A stretch of 64,000 bases of DNA, taken from positions 1 through 64,000 of IMG/VR virus record IMGVR_UViG_3300023179_003795, one strand, 5' to 3'. Every line of letters begins with the position of its first letter. The stretch's first letter is position 1. This DNA comes from a virus. Taxonomy: Duplodnaviria; Heunggongvirae; Uroviricota; Caudoviricetes. The translations under genes were made by a program, and so were the position numbers. A model generated the notes under the pieces. The model was not told the origin of the DNA. It made no database searches and saw nothing but the letters and a program-made list of their open reading frames with translations. Positions 9,684 to 20,085 of the stretch are shown here, piece after piece.

Positions 9684-10462
9684 TAGGATTTAGCCTTTAC
9701 ATTAGGTCTATCCTCAATGTGTTTGATAATCGAATCGTATACGTTAATAAACATTTCTTTGGTTCTAACACCAAATACAACGTCTTTTACTTCAGTTTTG
9801 GTATCCTGAACATTCCAAAATTCAATGTGTTTTTGAATCGCTGTAAACTTCTTACCTTTAGTATCTAATTGATTAAAATCAGAACTCAATTTATCGGATT
9901 GTAAATAAACACCAAAGGTTTCTTTCTGATGATTCTTCTTAGAGATAAAGTAAATCAATACATTCTTTGAGTAATTATAAAAGTGATTTGACGTATCTTT
10001 TGAAGCCGTACACCATTTGGTATTAGAACCATAGGTTAATGAAGCCTCATACGTTAAAGGTGTTCCAATCATATAATCATCATCTTCAAAATATTTATGG
10101 AATTCTTTCTCCCTACGTTTTAACTCACGTTGTTGTTTAGCAACTTCCAATACTTTATTGAAATCTTCAACAGATTTAAACTTAAAAATGTCCGAATCAG
10201 AACCCTTAATAAAGCCTTCTTTTACCAATTCATCAAAAGCAGCACAATCTTTGTTAAAATCGTTTTCCAACCAATCGGTAAATTCATCAAGAATTGATTT
10301 TTTAAGGTTTTCAATTTCATCAGTACAAGACACTAACCATTTAGTGTATTTAAACTGACTTGATTTGTTTTGAGAAGACGGATCATACTTTTTTAGTAAG
10401 TCCAAAAGATTGATGTTTAACTGATCTTTGTATTTTTCTTTGATTTCTGTTATACTAATCAT
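9683..10462 (-). CDS. Hypothetical protein; member 4 of the C-x-YG-x-x-T-K-W-C paralog family
   Basis: 259 aa. Core is GTPLTYEASLTYGSNTKWCTASKDTSNHFYNYSKNVLIYFI, with an N-terminal DPSSQNKSSQFKY motif and a basic RELKRREKE stretch before the core. Confidence 0.7.
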   Translation of the reverse strand: MISITEIKEKYKDQLNINLLDLLKKYDPSSQNKSSQFKYTKWLVSCTDEIENLKKSILDEFTDWLENDFNKDCAAFDELVKEGFIKGSDSDIFKFKSVEDFNKVLEVAKQQRELKRREKEFHKYFEDDDYMIGTPLTYEASLTYGSNTKWCTASKDTSNHFYNYSKNVLIYFISKKNHQKETFGVYLQSDKLSSDFNQLDTKGKKFTAIQKHIEFWNVQDTKTEVKDVVFGVRTKEMFINVYDSIIKHIEDRPNVKAKS

Positions 10463-10522
10463 ATTTTTTATTTTAATTATAATACAAATGTAATTTTTAA
10501 TTTTTTATTATCCAAATTTTTT

Positions 10523-11221
10523 TTAAATTTCTTTTAAAATTTCTAAAACCTCATATTTCATATAGGGTAAAGGAACTCTATCAAAATCCATAGTTTCCCT
10601 ATTCCACCACAAAATCTTCAACTCCCTTAGTTTTTTACCAGTCCTTAATTGATACATATATGCGTAAAAACTTAATTGAATCGCATAAGCGTTATATGAA
10701 CAATCTGATAAATGTGATAAACAACCCTTCATCCAATTCCCATAATCATTCTTATATGTTAATTTTTTATTAGATTTATAGTCATTAATATCAAAGAAAT
10801 CACCATAATCCAACACCAAATCGGATGTTCCAGCAACTTTATATTCATCAATCCATAAACACTCCTCAGCCATTATAGTTTCAGCCTTTAATAAATCCAA
10901 TCTTTTAAAAGCATCTACCACCTGTTTCTCATATTCATCGGTTGGGAAATAAAATCCCTTAGCCTTAATATAATCTTCAATCGGATTATGAACTTTATAA
11001 GTACCAAAATCAGTAGCCTCCTTATTAATAGCCCTCCACTCAGCAATTATATCATCTTTCTTCCTACCATCACGCCTTGCAATCGCCGAAGCAATCTTAT
11101 CCTCCTCAAACTTAACCTTATATTTTCCTAAAATTGCAGATATTGACGTGTATTGTTCACCTGTCTCCCTATTGAAATACTTATGTTGAACCGGTTCTAA
11201 ATATATTTTATTCATTATCAA
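10523..11221 (-). CDS. Putative PD-(D/E)XK-family nuclease (YqaJ/Cas4-like)
   Basis: 232 aa with a D...D/E.K arrangement (AGTSDLVLDYGD ... INDYKS) and a Cys pair in the C-terminal region. The assignment is weak and motif-level only. Confidence 0.4.
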   Translation of the reverse strand: MIMNKIYLEPVQHKYFNRETGEQYTSISAILGKYKVKFEEDKIASAIARRDGRKKDDIIAEWRAINKEATDFGTYKVHNPIEDYIKAKGFYFPTDEYEKQVVDAFKRLDLLKAETIMAEECLWIDEYKVAGTSDLVLDYGDFFDINDYKSNKKLTYKNDYGNWMKGCLSHLSDCSYNAYAIQLSFYAYMYQLRTGKKLRELKILWWNRETMDFDRVPLPYMKYEVLEILKEI

Positions 11222-12373
11222 TTAGTTAAGGTAAAAAGGTGTGTCTTTATATTCTTCCATTACTTCAGTAATACTATTATTACCGGTAAAATCGTCAATA
11301 TAATAATGAAGTCCATCAAAAATGAATGAGAATTCATCATCGCTCATATTGAATTTGGTTTTGTAATATTTTTTAATTTTTTCTTTGATTTCAGCCTGTG
11401 AAACATATTTTTTACCATTATTCCAACCATAGTTAGAACTCCCACTATAACCATAAGCGTATGCGTTATTGTAATTATTTCCAGAACCATAAGTGTATGT
11501 CGATTCTTGTTGTTCGAATACTTGTTTTTCATTACCCAATCTTTCAATAATAGCCACCGATAAATCATAAGCGATTTCAATACCATCAATTAAAACACAT
11601 TCGTTAGATGTGTGATATTGGTAATAAGCCGCAGGTAAATTAATACACTCAAAGTCAAATTTCTTAGTTAATTGACTAACATCGGTAAATGGATGACGAG
11701 CAAATATTCTTACACCATAATCGTATAATAAATCACCAATCTTACCCTCAAATCTTTCTCTACCTGTTTCTTCATCAATAACTACACCAGGTTTAGCCCA
11801 TTCACTACTGAATAACTGATAACCTGAACAATACCAAGAAATCGTATCATTTTCAGGTGAATCGTGTTGAATTGTGTAAGCAACATCGTTAAAGAATTCA
11901 GGATCAGCCTCTCTTGAACCGATACATCCAATTTCTTCTGAAATAAAGAAAGCACATTTCATAACGTCAAACTTATCCATTACCTCAAGAGCCAAGAAAA
12001 TACCCGCTTTATCATCACCCCCACAACCTGTTCTATTAGTTTTGGTGTGTGTTTTTCCTTTAACATAACCACGAAGAACTTGTTGTCCATCACATACACT
12101 TGAATAGTCATATTGACTCTTAATATAAGTTTCTTCAACAATTTCAATACCGTAAGAATCAATCTTATGAACCGTATCCATATGTGCAACCATACAAGGG
12201 TAATATTCAGATCTACCTTTTGTTAGGTAAATATTACCAATTTTGTCAGTATAATGTGGAATGTTACGAATTGTTGCCCAATCAGCAATGTATTTACGAA
12301 CCTTTTCTTCCCTACCAGATACCGATGGGATTGAAAGGATTTCTTTTAATCTTTCTAATTTATTATTATCCAT
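11222..12373 (-). CDS. M20/M28-type zinc metallopeptidase (peptidase T-like) with a low-complexity Y/G/N/S insert
   Basis: N-terminal LKEILSIPSVSGREEKVRKYI and GCGGDDKAGIFLALEVM plus FFISEEIGCIGS resemble the PepT motifs (GADDKAG, DEEIG). The C-terminal part contains YTYGSGNNYNNAYAYGYSGSSNYGWNNG. Confidence 0.55.
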   Translation of the reverse strand: MDNNKLERLKEILSIPSVSGREEKVRKYIADWATIRNIPHYTDKIGNIYLTKGRSEYYPCMVAHMDTVHKIDSYGIEIVEETYIKSQYDYSSVCDGQQVLRGYVKGKTHTKTNRTGCGGDDKAGIFLALEVMDKFDVMKCAFFISEEIGCIGSREADPEFFNDVAYTIQHDSPENDTISWYCSGYQLFSSEWAKPGVVIDEETGRERFEGKIGDLLYDYGVRIFARHPFTDVSQLTKKFDFECINLPAAYYQYHTSNECVLIDGIEIAYDLSVAIIERLGNEKQVFEQQESTYTYGSGNNYNNAYAYGYSGSSNYGWNNGKKYVSQAEIKEKIKKYYKTKFNMSDDEFSFIFDGLHYYIDDFTGNNSITEVMEEYKDTPFYLN

Positions 12374-12396
12374 ACCACAAATGTAATACTATTTTT

Positions 12397-12651
12397 TTAA
12401 TTTCCAAAATATTTTTCCCATAAATCAAAAACTTTATAATTATTTTTCATAACTGATTGAAGTTCATTATTCCTTATGTATTTATAATTGAATTTTGAGT
12501 AGTGTCTAAAATAATATTTTTCAATATCAGTATATAAACCTATACTGTCAGTATAATAAGCAACAAATTCATCTTCATTTATTTTTTTATATATAACTTC
12601 TTCATTACCAGTAAATATCAGATATTTATTTATATGTTTTAATGATTTCAT
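12397..12651 (-). CDS. Hypothetical protein
   Basis: 84 aa ORF, followed on its 3' side by a hairpin. Confidence 0.4.
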   Translation of the reverse strand: MKSLKHINKYLIFTGNEEVIYKKINEDEFVAYYTDSIGLYTDIEKYYFRHYSKFNYKYIRNNELQSVMKNNYKVFDLWEKYFGN

Positions 12652-12683
12652 TTGGCAAATATATGTAAAATAATTTAAAATGA

Positions 12684-12719
12684 AAAACCCACAACTAAAA
12701 AAATTTAGAGTGGGTTTTT
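12684..12719. terminator. Hairpin (aaaacccac ... gtgggtttt) between two minus-strand genes
   Basis: 9-bp stem and a 17-nt loop, flanked by A/T runs on both sides. The long loop lowers confidence. Confidence 0.35.
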
Positions 12720-12750
12720 ACCTGTTTAACTTCGGGAAAAGTCAATATGT

Positions 12751-13494
12751 TTAGATTGTTTCCAAATCTGATTTTAACTTGATTAATTTAATAATACTAT
12801 CTTTTTTATCTTCCGATGAATAAAATTCCAATTTTAATTTAACTTTTGAAAGTTTTTCTTTTAATTCTGTATCACCAATATTAATTTTAGAATCAACTAA
12901 TTCTAAGTTTTCTTTAATTATACTTTCTTCAATTGAAGATAATTTGTTTTCATCGTTACCAATCATTGTTTTAACTAAATCTTTTTCCCATTCAGTTAAA
13001 TGTTCATATTTTTTATTGAACTTCTTAGCAATTAAATTAGTATAAACTTTTATTGGTAGTGTTCCCTCAACTACATTATCCGATACAAATTTTTGTGTTA
13101 ATAAATGTGATACCAAATATTTTTTAGCATTCATTTTACCTTCAATTAAATTAGATTTAGTATCCCTAATTAAAATATCAATATTCTCTAATAATGTTTC
13201 TTTCGTATATACCTTATCTGATTTATATTTTAAAATAAAATCGTGTGCAATTGAAAAGTCATTTTCTAACGATTTAAGATAATCTATACTTTCATTCAAA
13301 TAAGTAGTCGCATCCGACACATCATCAAATTTCTTATTTTCAATATTAGAATATGTTATGTAATATTCTTTAATTGTTTTATTGTTTTTAAGTATGTTAT
13401 AAAACTCCTTAAATAGTCTTTTAAACTTATCTTTATCTGAATACGATTCAAATAAAATGTTATTTATATCTTGTTTAATTTTACCAAATGTCAT
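12751..13494 (-). CDS. Hypothetical helical charged protein (possible scaffold or head-assembly protein by position)
   Basis: 247 aa, K/E-rich and predicted helical, immediately downstream of the portal gene. The functional call is positional only. Confidence 0.45.
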   Translation of the reverse strand: MTFGKIKQDINNILFESYSDKDKFKRLFKEFYNILKNNKTIKEYYITYSNIENKKFDDVSDATTYLNESIDYLKSLENDFSIAHDFILKYKSDKVYTKETLLENIDILIRDTKSNLIEGKMNAKKYLVSHLLTQKFVSDNVVEGTLPIKVYTNLIAKKFNKKYEHLTEWEKDLVKTMIGNDENKLSSIEESIIKENLELVDSKINIGDTELKEKLSKVKLKLEFYSSEDKKDSIIKLIKLKSDLETI

Positions 13495-13533
13495 AGTTGT
13501 ATTTTTTATACCAATAAATATATGATAATTAAA

Positions 13534-15363
13534 TTATAGAATACTTTTGTCAATTTTTTCTATCATTTCTTTTATATCCCTATTATAACTATCTGTTTTA
13601 CTTATCAACTTTTCAGTTATTAAAGGTTTATGTTTTCCGGGTATAAATGATTCTTGTGGTGCTCCCTCAGGTCCACCAACAGGAGGTGCTCCAGCACCAA
13701 CTTCAGGTGTTCCACCACCACCTTCAGTTTCACCACCAATAGGAGTTGCACCAGGTGCTTCACCACCAAATTCATTACCCCCACCACCAAATTCATTACC
13801 CGCCTCAGGAGCACCCTCAGCGGGAACAGGACCACCTTCATCAGGTTTAACACCATAAATTTTATCAACCTTATCAAATACACCTGTTTTTGGTATAACC
13901 GATGCAGTATTAGCCAATTCAGCCGCTGCGGCTTTTTCAATTCTTTGTTGTTGTAAATCTAACGCAATTTCTTCGTCTGACATACCTAATATTTCTTTTT
14001 TACCCCTTACCATAGATATAGCAGAAAAACCATTACCCGCATCAGCCATTGCTTTAGAATATACATCTAATTTTTGTGACCATAATTCAATCTTTAATAA
14101 TTCAGCCTGAGTTGAAGGGTTTGTTAACGCTAATGTAAAGTTATCTAACTCTTCTTCATGTCCCAACATAAATAAATGAATAATAGCAATCTTATTCAAT
14201 TCTTGAATCATCGCTTTTTGTATTCTATTTACTGTCCTTGAGAATCTAATATCTAATAATGATAAGTTTTTACCATCACCCACAGCCTCACCAAAACCTA
14301 AGAAAGGTGCTGGAACTCTAATCGCTGCAAATAATTTCTTTTGTAAGTATTCAATATCATCAATTGGTAATGGTGCCGCTCCCGGTAATGTATCAATAGG
14401 ACTTGCAGCATTTTCAGTTCTAACAGGAACAAACCAATCTTGATCAATACCCGCTTGATTATATCTTAAATCAATTTGTCCTGTTTTACTATCAACAATA
14501 GGTGTTCTTTTAAACTTATTTGCTATTTTTTGAATGTATGCTTCAATATCACTATCTTCCATATTACCAACAAACACCTTGAATATTCTTCTTTCAGGTG
14601 CTCTTACAACCCTATAAATTAACATAGCATCTTCCGACATTACTAATTGTCTATAAATCCTTCTTGCTTTTTCAAGAATACTAGTGCCATAAGGAAGTTT
14701 TCTATCATCACCTAATAATCTAAAATGAGCAATCTGAAATGGTTCAAATTGTAAATCTTTTGTTTTATATTGAAATCTAATTTTCTTTTTCTTAGCAATT
14801 AAATCAGTATCCTCAAATCTTTCAATTTCAATTGTAGGTAATTGAGTACATCCAACAACCCCTTCACCGTGTTCTAAATGTAAATAAACAAAATTATCAC
14901 CATATTTAATTGTCGATCTAGTCCAAGCCTGTAAGTTAGTTTCAATATCTAATGTCTTATTAAAAAGGTCTTGAAGTATAGATCTAACCCTTTCTGATTC
15001 TGAAAATATTGTTAATACTTTACCCTGTTCAGAAGGCACACAAGCCTCTTCCGACATGATATCGAGTGCCGCTGCAATCTCAGGGAAAAATTCCATTGAT
15101 TCAAAATCATAATATGCCGCCATCCTTGTTGGTTCATTGTGAATTGAACGAGCGTACATATCATTTTCAACTTTACCCCATAAATCATTTACATATTTTT
15201 GTTGTTGAAGTTCGGTTTTTGTCACCTTAAACTCTTCAGGGCTTGTTGTCACTAATAAAGGATCAACAGGTCTCTGAGGTTTACTTATTCTTCTTTTATT
15301 TTCATTATTGGGTCCTAATAATATACCCATTCTCTGAAATATCGTTAAATTTTGTTCTGCCAT
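13534..15363 (-). CDS. Portal vertex protein, T4 gp20-like
   Basis: 609 aa. Blocks MLIYRVVRAPERRIFKVFVGNM ... VDTLPGAAPLP ... AIRVPAPFLGF align with T4 gp20 ([22 protein letters not shown] ... VDTLPGADNTG ... ALRVPLSRI). It has a G/P/E-rich C-terminal tail and sits adjacent to TerL. The start follows aaatatttatataATG. Confidence 0.9.
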   Translation of the reverse strand: MAEQNLTIFQRMGILLGPNNENKRRISKPQRPVDPLLVTTSPEEFKVTKTELQQQKYVNDLWGKVENDMYARSIHNEPTRMAAYYDFESMEFFPEIAAALDIMSEEACVPSEQGKVLTIFSESERVRSILQDLFNKTLDIETNLQAWTRSTIKYGDNFVYLHLEHGEGVVGCTQLPTIEIERFEDTDLIAKKKKIRFQYKTKDLQFEPFQIAHFRLLGDDRKLPYGTSILEKARRIYRQLVMSEDAMLIYRVVRAPERRIFKVFVGNMEDSDIEAYIQKIANKFKRTPIVDSKTGQIDLRYNQAGIDQDWFVPVRTENAASPIDTLPGAAPLPIDDIEYLQKKLFAAIRVPAPFLGFGEAVGDGKNLSLLDIRFSRTVNRIQKAMIQELNKIAIIHLFMLGHEEELDNFTLALTNPSTQAELLKIELWSQKLDVYSKAMADAGNGFSAISMVRGKKEILGMSDEEIALDLQQQRIEKAAAAELANTASVIPKTGVFDKVDKIYGVKPDEGGPVPAEGAPEAGNEFGGGGNEFGGEAPGATPIGGETEGGGGTPEVGAGAPPVGGPEGAPQESFIPGKHKPLITEKLISKTDSYNRDIKEMIEKIDKSIL

Positions 15364-15385
15364 ATTATATAAATATTTATCTTTT

Positions 15386-17074
15386 TTATTTCATCCCAAA
15401 TAACCAACCAAATTCACTTTGAGATTGCCTTTGATTTGTTTGTCCCCCCAAAGGATTTATTTTATCTTGCATATTATATGTTGGAATACCTGTCGTGGTT
15501 GTTTCAACAGTCCAAGAATTTAATAATGATTTTATTTGTGATTCATTTTTTGTAAGTTCCTTAAATCTTACCTCACATAAGTATAACGCCAAAGCTAAAG
15601 AAAATAAACAGTCGTCATTACATCCTTTCATATGATCAGGTCTTCCAGAAACTGTCACAATAAATGTTCTCATTTCAGATAATGTTCTTTGACTTCTTAC
15701 TTTGAAGCCTTGTCTTACATTCCTTTCAAATGAGTCTAATACATTCATTCTTGTTATTGATGAACCTATCACTAAACCAGCGGGTAATTCATCTTTATTG
15801 ACATAACCATACATATCCTTCCCTTTATAGTCATAAAAGAAGTTTTTATATCCGTATTCTTTTAACTTATTTACACAAATTAAACCTAACCCACCTGTTA
15901 AATCAGTTATTAACATAGGATTACCATACATTTCCAAATATTTCAATATAAACTCAGCAACCACATCAGGAGCCATCTTACCTCTCCACTCAAATACTTG
16001 TTCCCAAGTTTCAAAATCAACAATGGTTAAAACACTCCAATCATCAGATTGTCCCAATGAAATATCCAATCCTGCGGCATATCTATGTTCTTTTTCGGGT
16101 TCTTTAAATATCCATACCGATTTATCAAATCCCTCAACCCTAATTGGGTCAATTACATTTTCTAATTTTTGTTTATCAATATCTTCACCAGTAACAAATG
16201 TATTACCTGAACCAACAAAATTACCATCAATCTCTTGACTTACTTTTCTTGGTGAATCCATATCGGCTTTCATTCCCTCATACCAGGGTGAAGTTGGTTT
16301 CCAACCATTCCTAATCAATTCTTTCCATTCATCTTCATTCCAATTCTCAATGGTTTGATCATCCTTCAACCACGTCAATTTAACGTTATATCTTGGATCT
16401 TGATACCATTTGATTTCATTTATGACAAATGTATTTTTACCTAATGTGGAATTATTATATGTCTTCCAGTACAATAAATCGTTTCCATTAGGCGTTGAAA
16501 TTAGTATTGCTCTACCTCCTGTTGATAAGGCTGCCATTGATGCTGTCCAAAATTCCTCAACATCAATACTATCAATATGAGCCGCTTCGTCAATAATCAT
16601 TAAAGTAGGTGTATAACCCCTTAAAGCATCCATTGATGTTGCAACGGATTTAACTTCAGATTTGTTATATAATATCTTGTGATACTCCGTTGTTTTATCA
16701 TACATATCTTTTTTATCAACATCAAACATCCAATTAGGACATTGATTGATAAACTCATTAACTTTTTTTAACATTAAGGCGGCAGTATCCCTTTTGTTCG
16801 CAACAATAAGAACCTTCTCAGGTGATTCTTCATCGGCGAATAATAATAACCAACAAACGTAGGCTGCTGTAATAGTAGATAATCCGGCTTGTCTATATTT
16901 CAAAGCCAGATTATATCTTTCGTTTTTAAAATTGTGTAGTATTTTTTTTTGTATGTCAAACAATTTAAAAGGGACATTACCTTTTTGTGTTTGATCGTAA
17001 GTTGTTAAGTAATTTTCAATAAAATAAACATAATCTATACTACACTTTAAATATTCACTTGTAATATCATTCAT
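15386..17074 (-). CDS. Terminase large subunit (T4 gp17-like ATPase/nuclease)
   Basis: 562 aa with a Walker A-like LKYRQAGLSTITAAY (T4: LSRQLGKTTVVA), Walker B LMIIDEAAH and a C-terminal RNase H-like nuclease block AAGLDISLGQSDDWSVLTIVDF. Adjacent to the portal. Confidence 0.9.
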   Translation of the reverse strand: MNDITSEYLKCSIDYVYFIENYLTTYDQTQKGNVPFKLFDIQKKILHNFKNERYNLALKYRQAGLSTITAAYVCWLLLFADEESPEKVLIVANKRDTAALMLKKVNEFINQCPNWMFDVDKKDMYDKTTEYHKILYNKSEVKSVATSMDALRGYTPTLMIIDEAAHIDSIDVEEFWTASMAALSTGGRAILISTPNGNDLLYWKTYNNSTLGKNTFVINEIKWYQDPRYNVKLTWLKDDQTIENWNEDEWKELIRNGWKPTSPWYEGMKADMDSPRKVSQEIDGNFVGSGNTFVTGEDIDKQKLENVIDPIRVEGFDKSVWIFKEPEKEHRYAAGLDISLGQSDDWSVLTIVDFETWEQVFEWRGKMAPDVVAEFILKYLEMYGNPMLITDLTGGLGLICVNKLKEYGYKNFFYDYKGKDMYGYVNKDELPAGLVIGSSITRMNVLDSFERNVRQGFKVRSQRTLSEMRTFIVTVSGRPDHMKGCNDDCLFSLALALYLCEVRFKELTKNESQIKSLLNSWTVETTTTGIPTYNMQDKINPLGGQTNQRQSQSEFGWLFGMK

Positions 17075-17088
17075 ATTACAATAAATAG

Positions 17089-17565
17089 TTAGGATAGTTT
17101 ATTTTCTAAGTTATTCCTTAATACATCGTAAATAATTTTCATATTATCCAAGTCACTCATAGTTTTTTCTTTGGTAATATCTAATACAGATCTAAAGAAC
17201 TCCTTCATACCAATAACTATTTTATCTTTATCTTTAGTAACATAAAAGTTTTCGTGTAAGAAATACCAGAAGTAATCTTTATGATACCCTTCCTCCTTAA
17301 ACTTAATTTTTTCTTTTTTGTATTGACTTATAGTTTGTTTCCATATCCAATTAAAATGACTATATCTATCAGTATCATTCGTAATTGTATCATCACCTAA
17401 ATAACTATCGTGTAATATAGATAATAACGTAATTGTAAAATCAATAAACAAATCTGTTTGTTCAACTTTTACATTTTGTTGGTTGAAAAAATCTTTTGTT
17501 TTTTCTTTAGGTAAAAACTTTCCAATATATTCTATAAAGTTTTTAGGGTTATCCATTTTAGTCAT
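17089..17565 (-). CDS. Hypothetical protein (candidate small terminase subunit by position only)
   Basis: 158 aa, immediately upstream of TerL and in the same orientation, with a size similar to T4 gp16. I see no recognisable motif. Confidence 0.45.
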   Translation of the reverse strand: MTKMDNPKNFIEYIGKFLPKEKTKDFFNQQNVKVEQTDLFIDFTITLLSILHDSYLGDDTITNDTDRYSHFNWIWKQTISQYKKEKIKFKEEGYHKDYFWYFLHENFYVTKDKDKIVIGMKEFFRSVLDITKEKTMSDLDNMKIIYDVLRNNLENKLS

Positions 17566-18244
17566 TGAATTCTTTATAAATATTTAATACCTCAGCAACT
17601 ATTGGATGTCTATGGTTTTCTTTTAAAGTGATTACTTTAAACCCTTTAACTTTACCATCTAAACTAGTTAAAAATGAAAGTCCTGATTCTTTTTTATTCC
17701 TTAAATCCACTTGTGATGTATCACCACATAATACCATTTTACTTCTCATACCCAATCTACCAATAACTAATTCTGTTTGACTATGAATAAGATTTTGGGT
17801 TTCATCAACTATAATAAATGAATCTTGAAATGTATGACCTCTCATATAAGCCAATGGTATCATTTGAATAACACCCTCTTTAATCATCTCATCTACCTTT
17901 TGTTTGTTAAATAACTTATAGAAGTTATTATGTATTGGTTGAATGTATGGCTGTAATTTATCATCAGCTCCACCAGGTAAGAATCCTATTTCTTCTTTAG
18001 ATACCGCTGGACGACAAATAATTATTTTTTCAATTTCCCTTCTATTGTATAAATCTAACGCTATTAAACACGCTAAAAGAGTTTTACCCGAACCCGCTTG
18101 TCCTTTAAGAACCGTTATATCGTTCTCCATTATTAACCGTTTAGCCTCTTTTTGTTCAGCATTAAGGTTGATATTATACCTAATATCACCTTTAGGTTTT
18201 CTTTTTTGGGTGTTAGTTGTTTTACCTGTATATTCCATATTCAT
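17558..18244 (-). CDS. phoH: PhoH-like ATPase
   Basis: 228 aa with Walker A GQAGSGKT, IIICRP, a Walker B IIVDETQN and CGDTSQVDL, the typical PhoH signature order. Confidence 0.85.
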   Translation of the reverse strand: MNMEYTGKTTNTQKRKPKGDIRYNINLNAEQKEAKRLIMENDITVLKGQAGSGKTLLACLIALDLYNRREIEKIIICRPAVSKEEIGFLPGGADDKLQPYIQPIHNNFYKLFNKQKVDEMIKEGVIQMIPLAYMRGHTFQDSFIIVDETQNLIHSQTELVIGRLGMRSKMVLCGDTSQVDLRNKKESGLSFLTSLDGKVKGFKVITLKENHRHPIVAEVLNIYKEFND

Positions 18245-18294
18245 AAATATTTGTTTTATATCTTTATTTTAATTAAAATGATTTGAAAATAAAG

Positions 18295-18336
18295 CATAAA
18301 AAAAGCCACAAGAAATTATTGCATTCTTCGTGGCTC
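18295..18336 (-). terminator. Hairpin + U-tract after the 18369..20072 gene
   Basis: Stem gccacaag/cttcgtggc with one mismatch; the minus-strand reading is followed by TTTTTTT. Confidence 0.45.
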
Positions 18337-18368
18337 TTAAATTAATTATTATCATTCAGTTAGAGATA

Positions 18369-20072
18369 TTATTGTTTTGTTAAACCTTTTACTTCGTTTA
18401 ACATTTTCTTTAGAGTAGCATTTACATCTTCTTTCATAACACTTTTAGCGGCTGGCTTTGTGTTATAGTTGTAATTCATCAACTTCATTATTTTAGAAGT
18501 TTCTTCATTAATCATCTTCTTATTTTTATCAGCCAATACGATTAATTCACCTTCTTCAAATCTAACTTTAGCGGTTCTATTCTTATCAGCGATTTCAAAT
18601 ACTAAACCATTTACTTGGTATTCACTTGGAATAACAACTTTGTCTAAATTCTCAGCATTTTCAACTCTTAATGTTCCCAAATTAATTGAAGCAAACCCTG
18701 ATGAAATACTCATATTTGCTGATGGTCTTTCAACTTTTGGTTGTGAAGTTGAATTAATTTCTTTCATATCGTCATTATTTAAGATTGTCATCCAACCTTC
18801 AGATTCTTTAACTTCTTTCTTTTTGAAGATTTTTGATTTAAATTTTTTCATTTTAGCATCTTTCGCTGCTTTTTTCATTGGTTCTTTTTTATTACCATCT
18901 TTATCTAAATCTAAAAAATCTGGTTTTGATTTTTTACCTTCCTTCATTTTAATTGCTTCTTCTATTATTCTATCTACGATAGATTCTACTGATTCTTTCA
19001 TTCCTTTTTCTCTGTTTAATTTCTCAACATTTTTATTTTTACCCATACCATTGAAAACATTAACTTGATCTCCAATTTTACCATCTTTAGGGAAGATATT
19101 ATATACAGGTGAGTTTAATTTAATTTCTTTTCTTTTTTTAGTTAGTTTAGACATAAAACTTTCATCACCATTTAAGTTCTTTTTAAACTTTGCTTTCCAT
19201 TCATCTGATGGATCAGTATCATAATCTAAACTTTCCATTCCACTACCATTTCTCGCTAATTGATCGTAATACGCTTCTTCATCTTTAACAGGGAATTTTT
19301 TTGTATATTTATCATCACCACTTGTAGCAGTTTTAATATAACCCTCATTATCAATCATAGGTTGTTTTAATTTTATATCGTTATATTTAGAAACTTTTTT
19401 CATACTTTCTTCGTAAGCAGATTTATTTTCTTTAGCGTTATCTTTTGATATTTTGTTATACATACCAACACCAGGTGCTGCTCCACCAATACCAGGTAAA
19501 CTTCTTCTACCCATTATATCAGCCTCTCTCAAGGTTTTCTTTCCACCACAACCACATCCACCTTCTCTAAGTGTTTTCTTTCCACCACAACCACATCCAC
19601 CTTCATTCATCTTATATGTTTTAATATTAGATACCGTTACTTTTTCATTATTATAATCACTTTTCAATACATTTTTATAACCTATTTTACCATTACCTTT
19701 TAATGATTTTTCTAAAAAGGTTTTAGCGTCTTTATGGTTTTTTGATATATTCTTAACACCACCTTTGTTATCCATAGTATAAAATAATTCAATTGTATTA
19801 TCCTCACCTTCATTTACATTATCAACTACAATAGCGGAAATATTTTTCTTTTTTAAATCATCAACTGTTTTAGTGATATCTTTATTTTTAGATTTTGAAA
19901 CGTAAGCAACCTTTTCATTTGACGCAATTTCTTCATCAACAATAAAATTGTCACTATCATCAAATAAATCTTCCATAGTAACTCTTCTTCTTGGTTTCAT
20001 ACTTTTACCCTTACTTTTTCTTTCAACGAATCTGTAATCATCTACATTTTCATATTTTTCGTTAATATTCAT
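18369..20072 (-). CDS. Hypothetical Lys-rich protein with a tandem GGCGCGGKKTLRE repeat
   Basis: 567 aa, very K/E/N-rich. It carries two exact tandem copies of EGGCGCGGKKTLR (a 39-nt unit x2 at about 19533..19611), giving two CGCG cysteine clusters. Confidence 0.6.
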   Translation of the reverse strand: MNINEKYENVDDYRFVERKSKGKSMKPRRRVTMEDLFDDSDNFIVDEEIASNEKVAYVSKSKNKDITKTVDDLKKKNISAIVVDNVNEGEDNTIELFYTMDNKGGVKNISKNHKDAKTFLEKSLKGNGKIGYKNVLKSDYNNEKVTVSNIKTYKMNEGGCGCGGKKTLREGGCGCGGKKTLREADIMGRRSLPGIGGAAPGVGMYNKISKDNAKENKSAYEESMKKVSKYNDIKLKQPMIDNEGYIKTATSGDDKYTKKFPVKDEEAYYDQLARNGSGMESLDYDTDPSDEWKAKFKKNLNGDESFMSKLTKKRKEIKLNSPVYNIFPKDGKIGDQVNVFNGMGKNKNVEKLNREKGMKESVESIVDRIIEEAIKMKEGKKSKPDFLDLDKDGNKKEPMKKAAKDAKMKKFKSKIFKKKEVKESEGWMTILNNDDMKEINSTSQPKVERPSANMSISSGFASINLGTLRVENAENLDKVVIPSEYQVNGLVFEIADKNRTAKVRFEEGELIVLADKNKKMINEETSKIMKLMNYNYNTKPAAKSVMKEDVNATLKKMLNEVKGLTKQ

Positions 20073-20085
20073 ACCTATAAATATA

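Noticed and set aside
11222-12373. M20-like peptidase as the prohead (gp21-type) protease that would cut the [IL]-x-E leaders
   Set aside because: The motifs match zinc exopeptidases (DDKAG/EEIG), not the Ser/His prohead protease fold. The responsible protease, if any, is presumably outside this window.
13620-13956. ORFs 13620..13940(-) and 13654..13956(+) within the portal gene, and similar internal ORFs (16023..16238, 17943..18272, 18640..19068, 19453..19656, 23029..23370, 35221..35559, 38336..38650, 38915..39205, 42050..42325, 48075..48347, 50382..50735, 54904..55184 and others)
   Set aside because: They lie in alternative frames or on the antisense strand of long, motif-supported genes. 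They are low-complexity translations of the G/P-rich or A/T-rich coding sequence and have no start context of their own.
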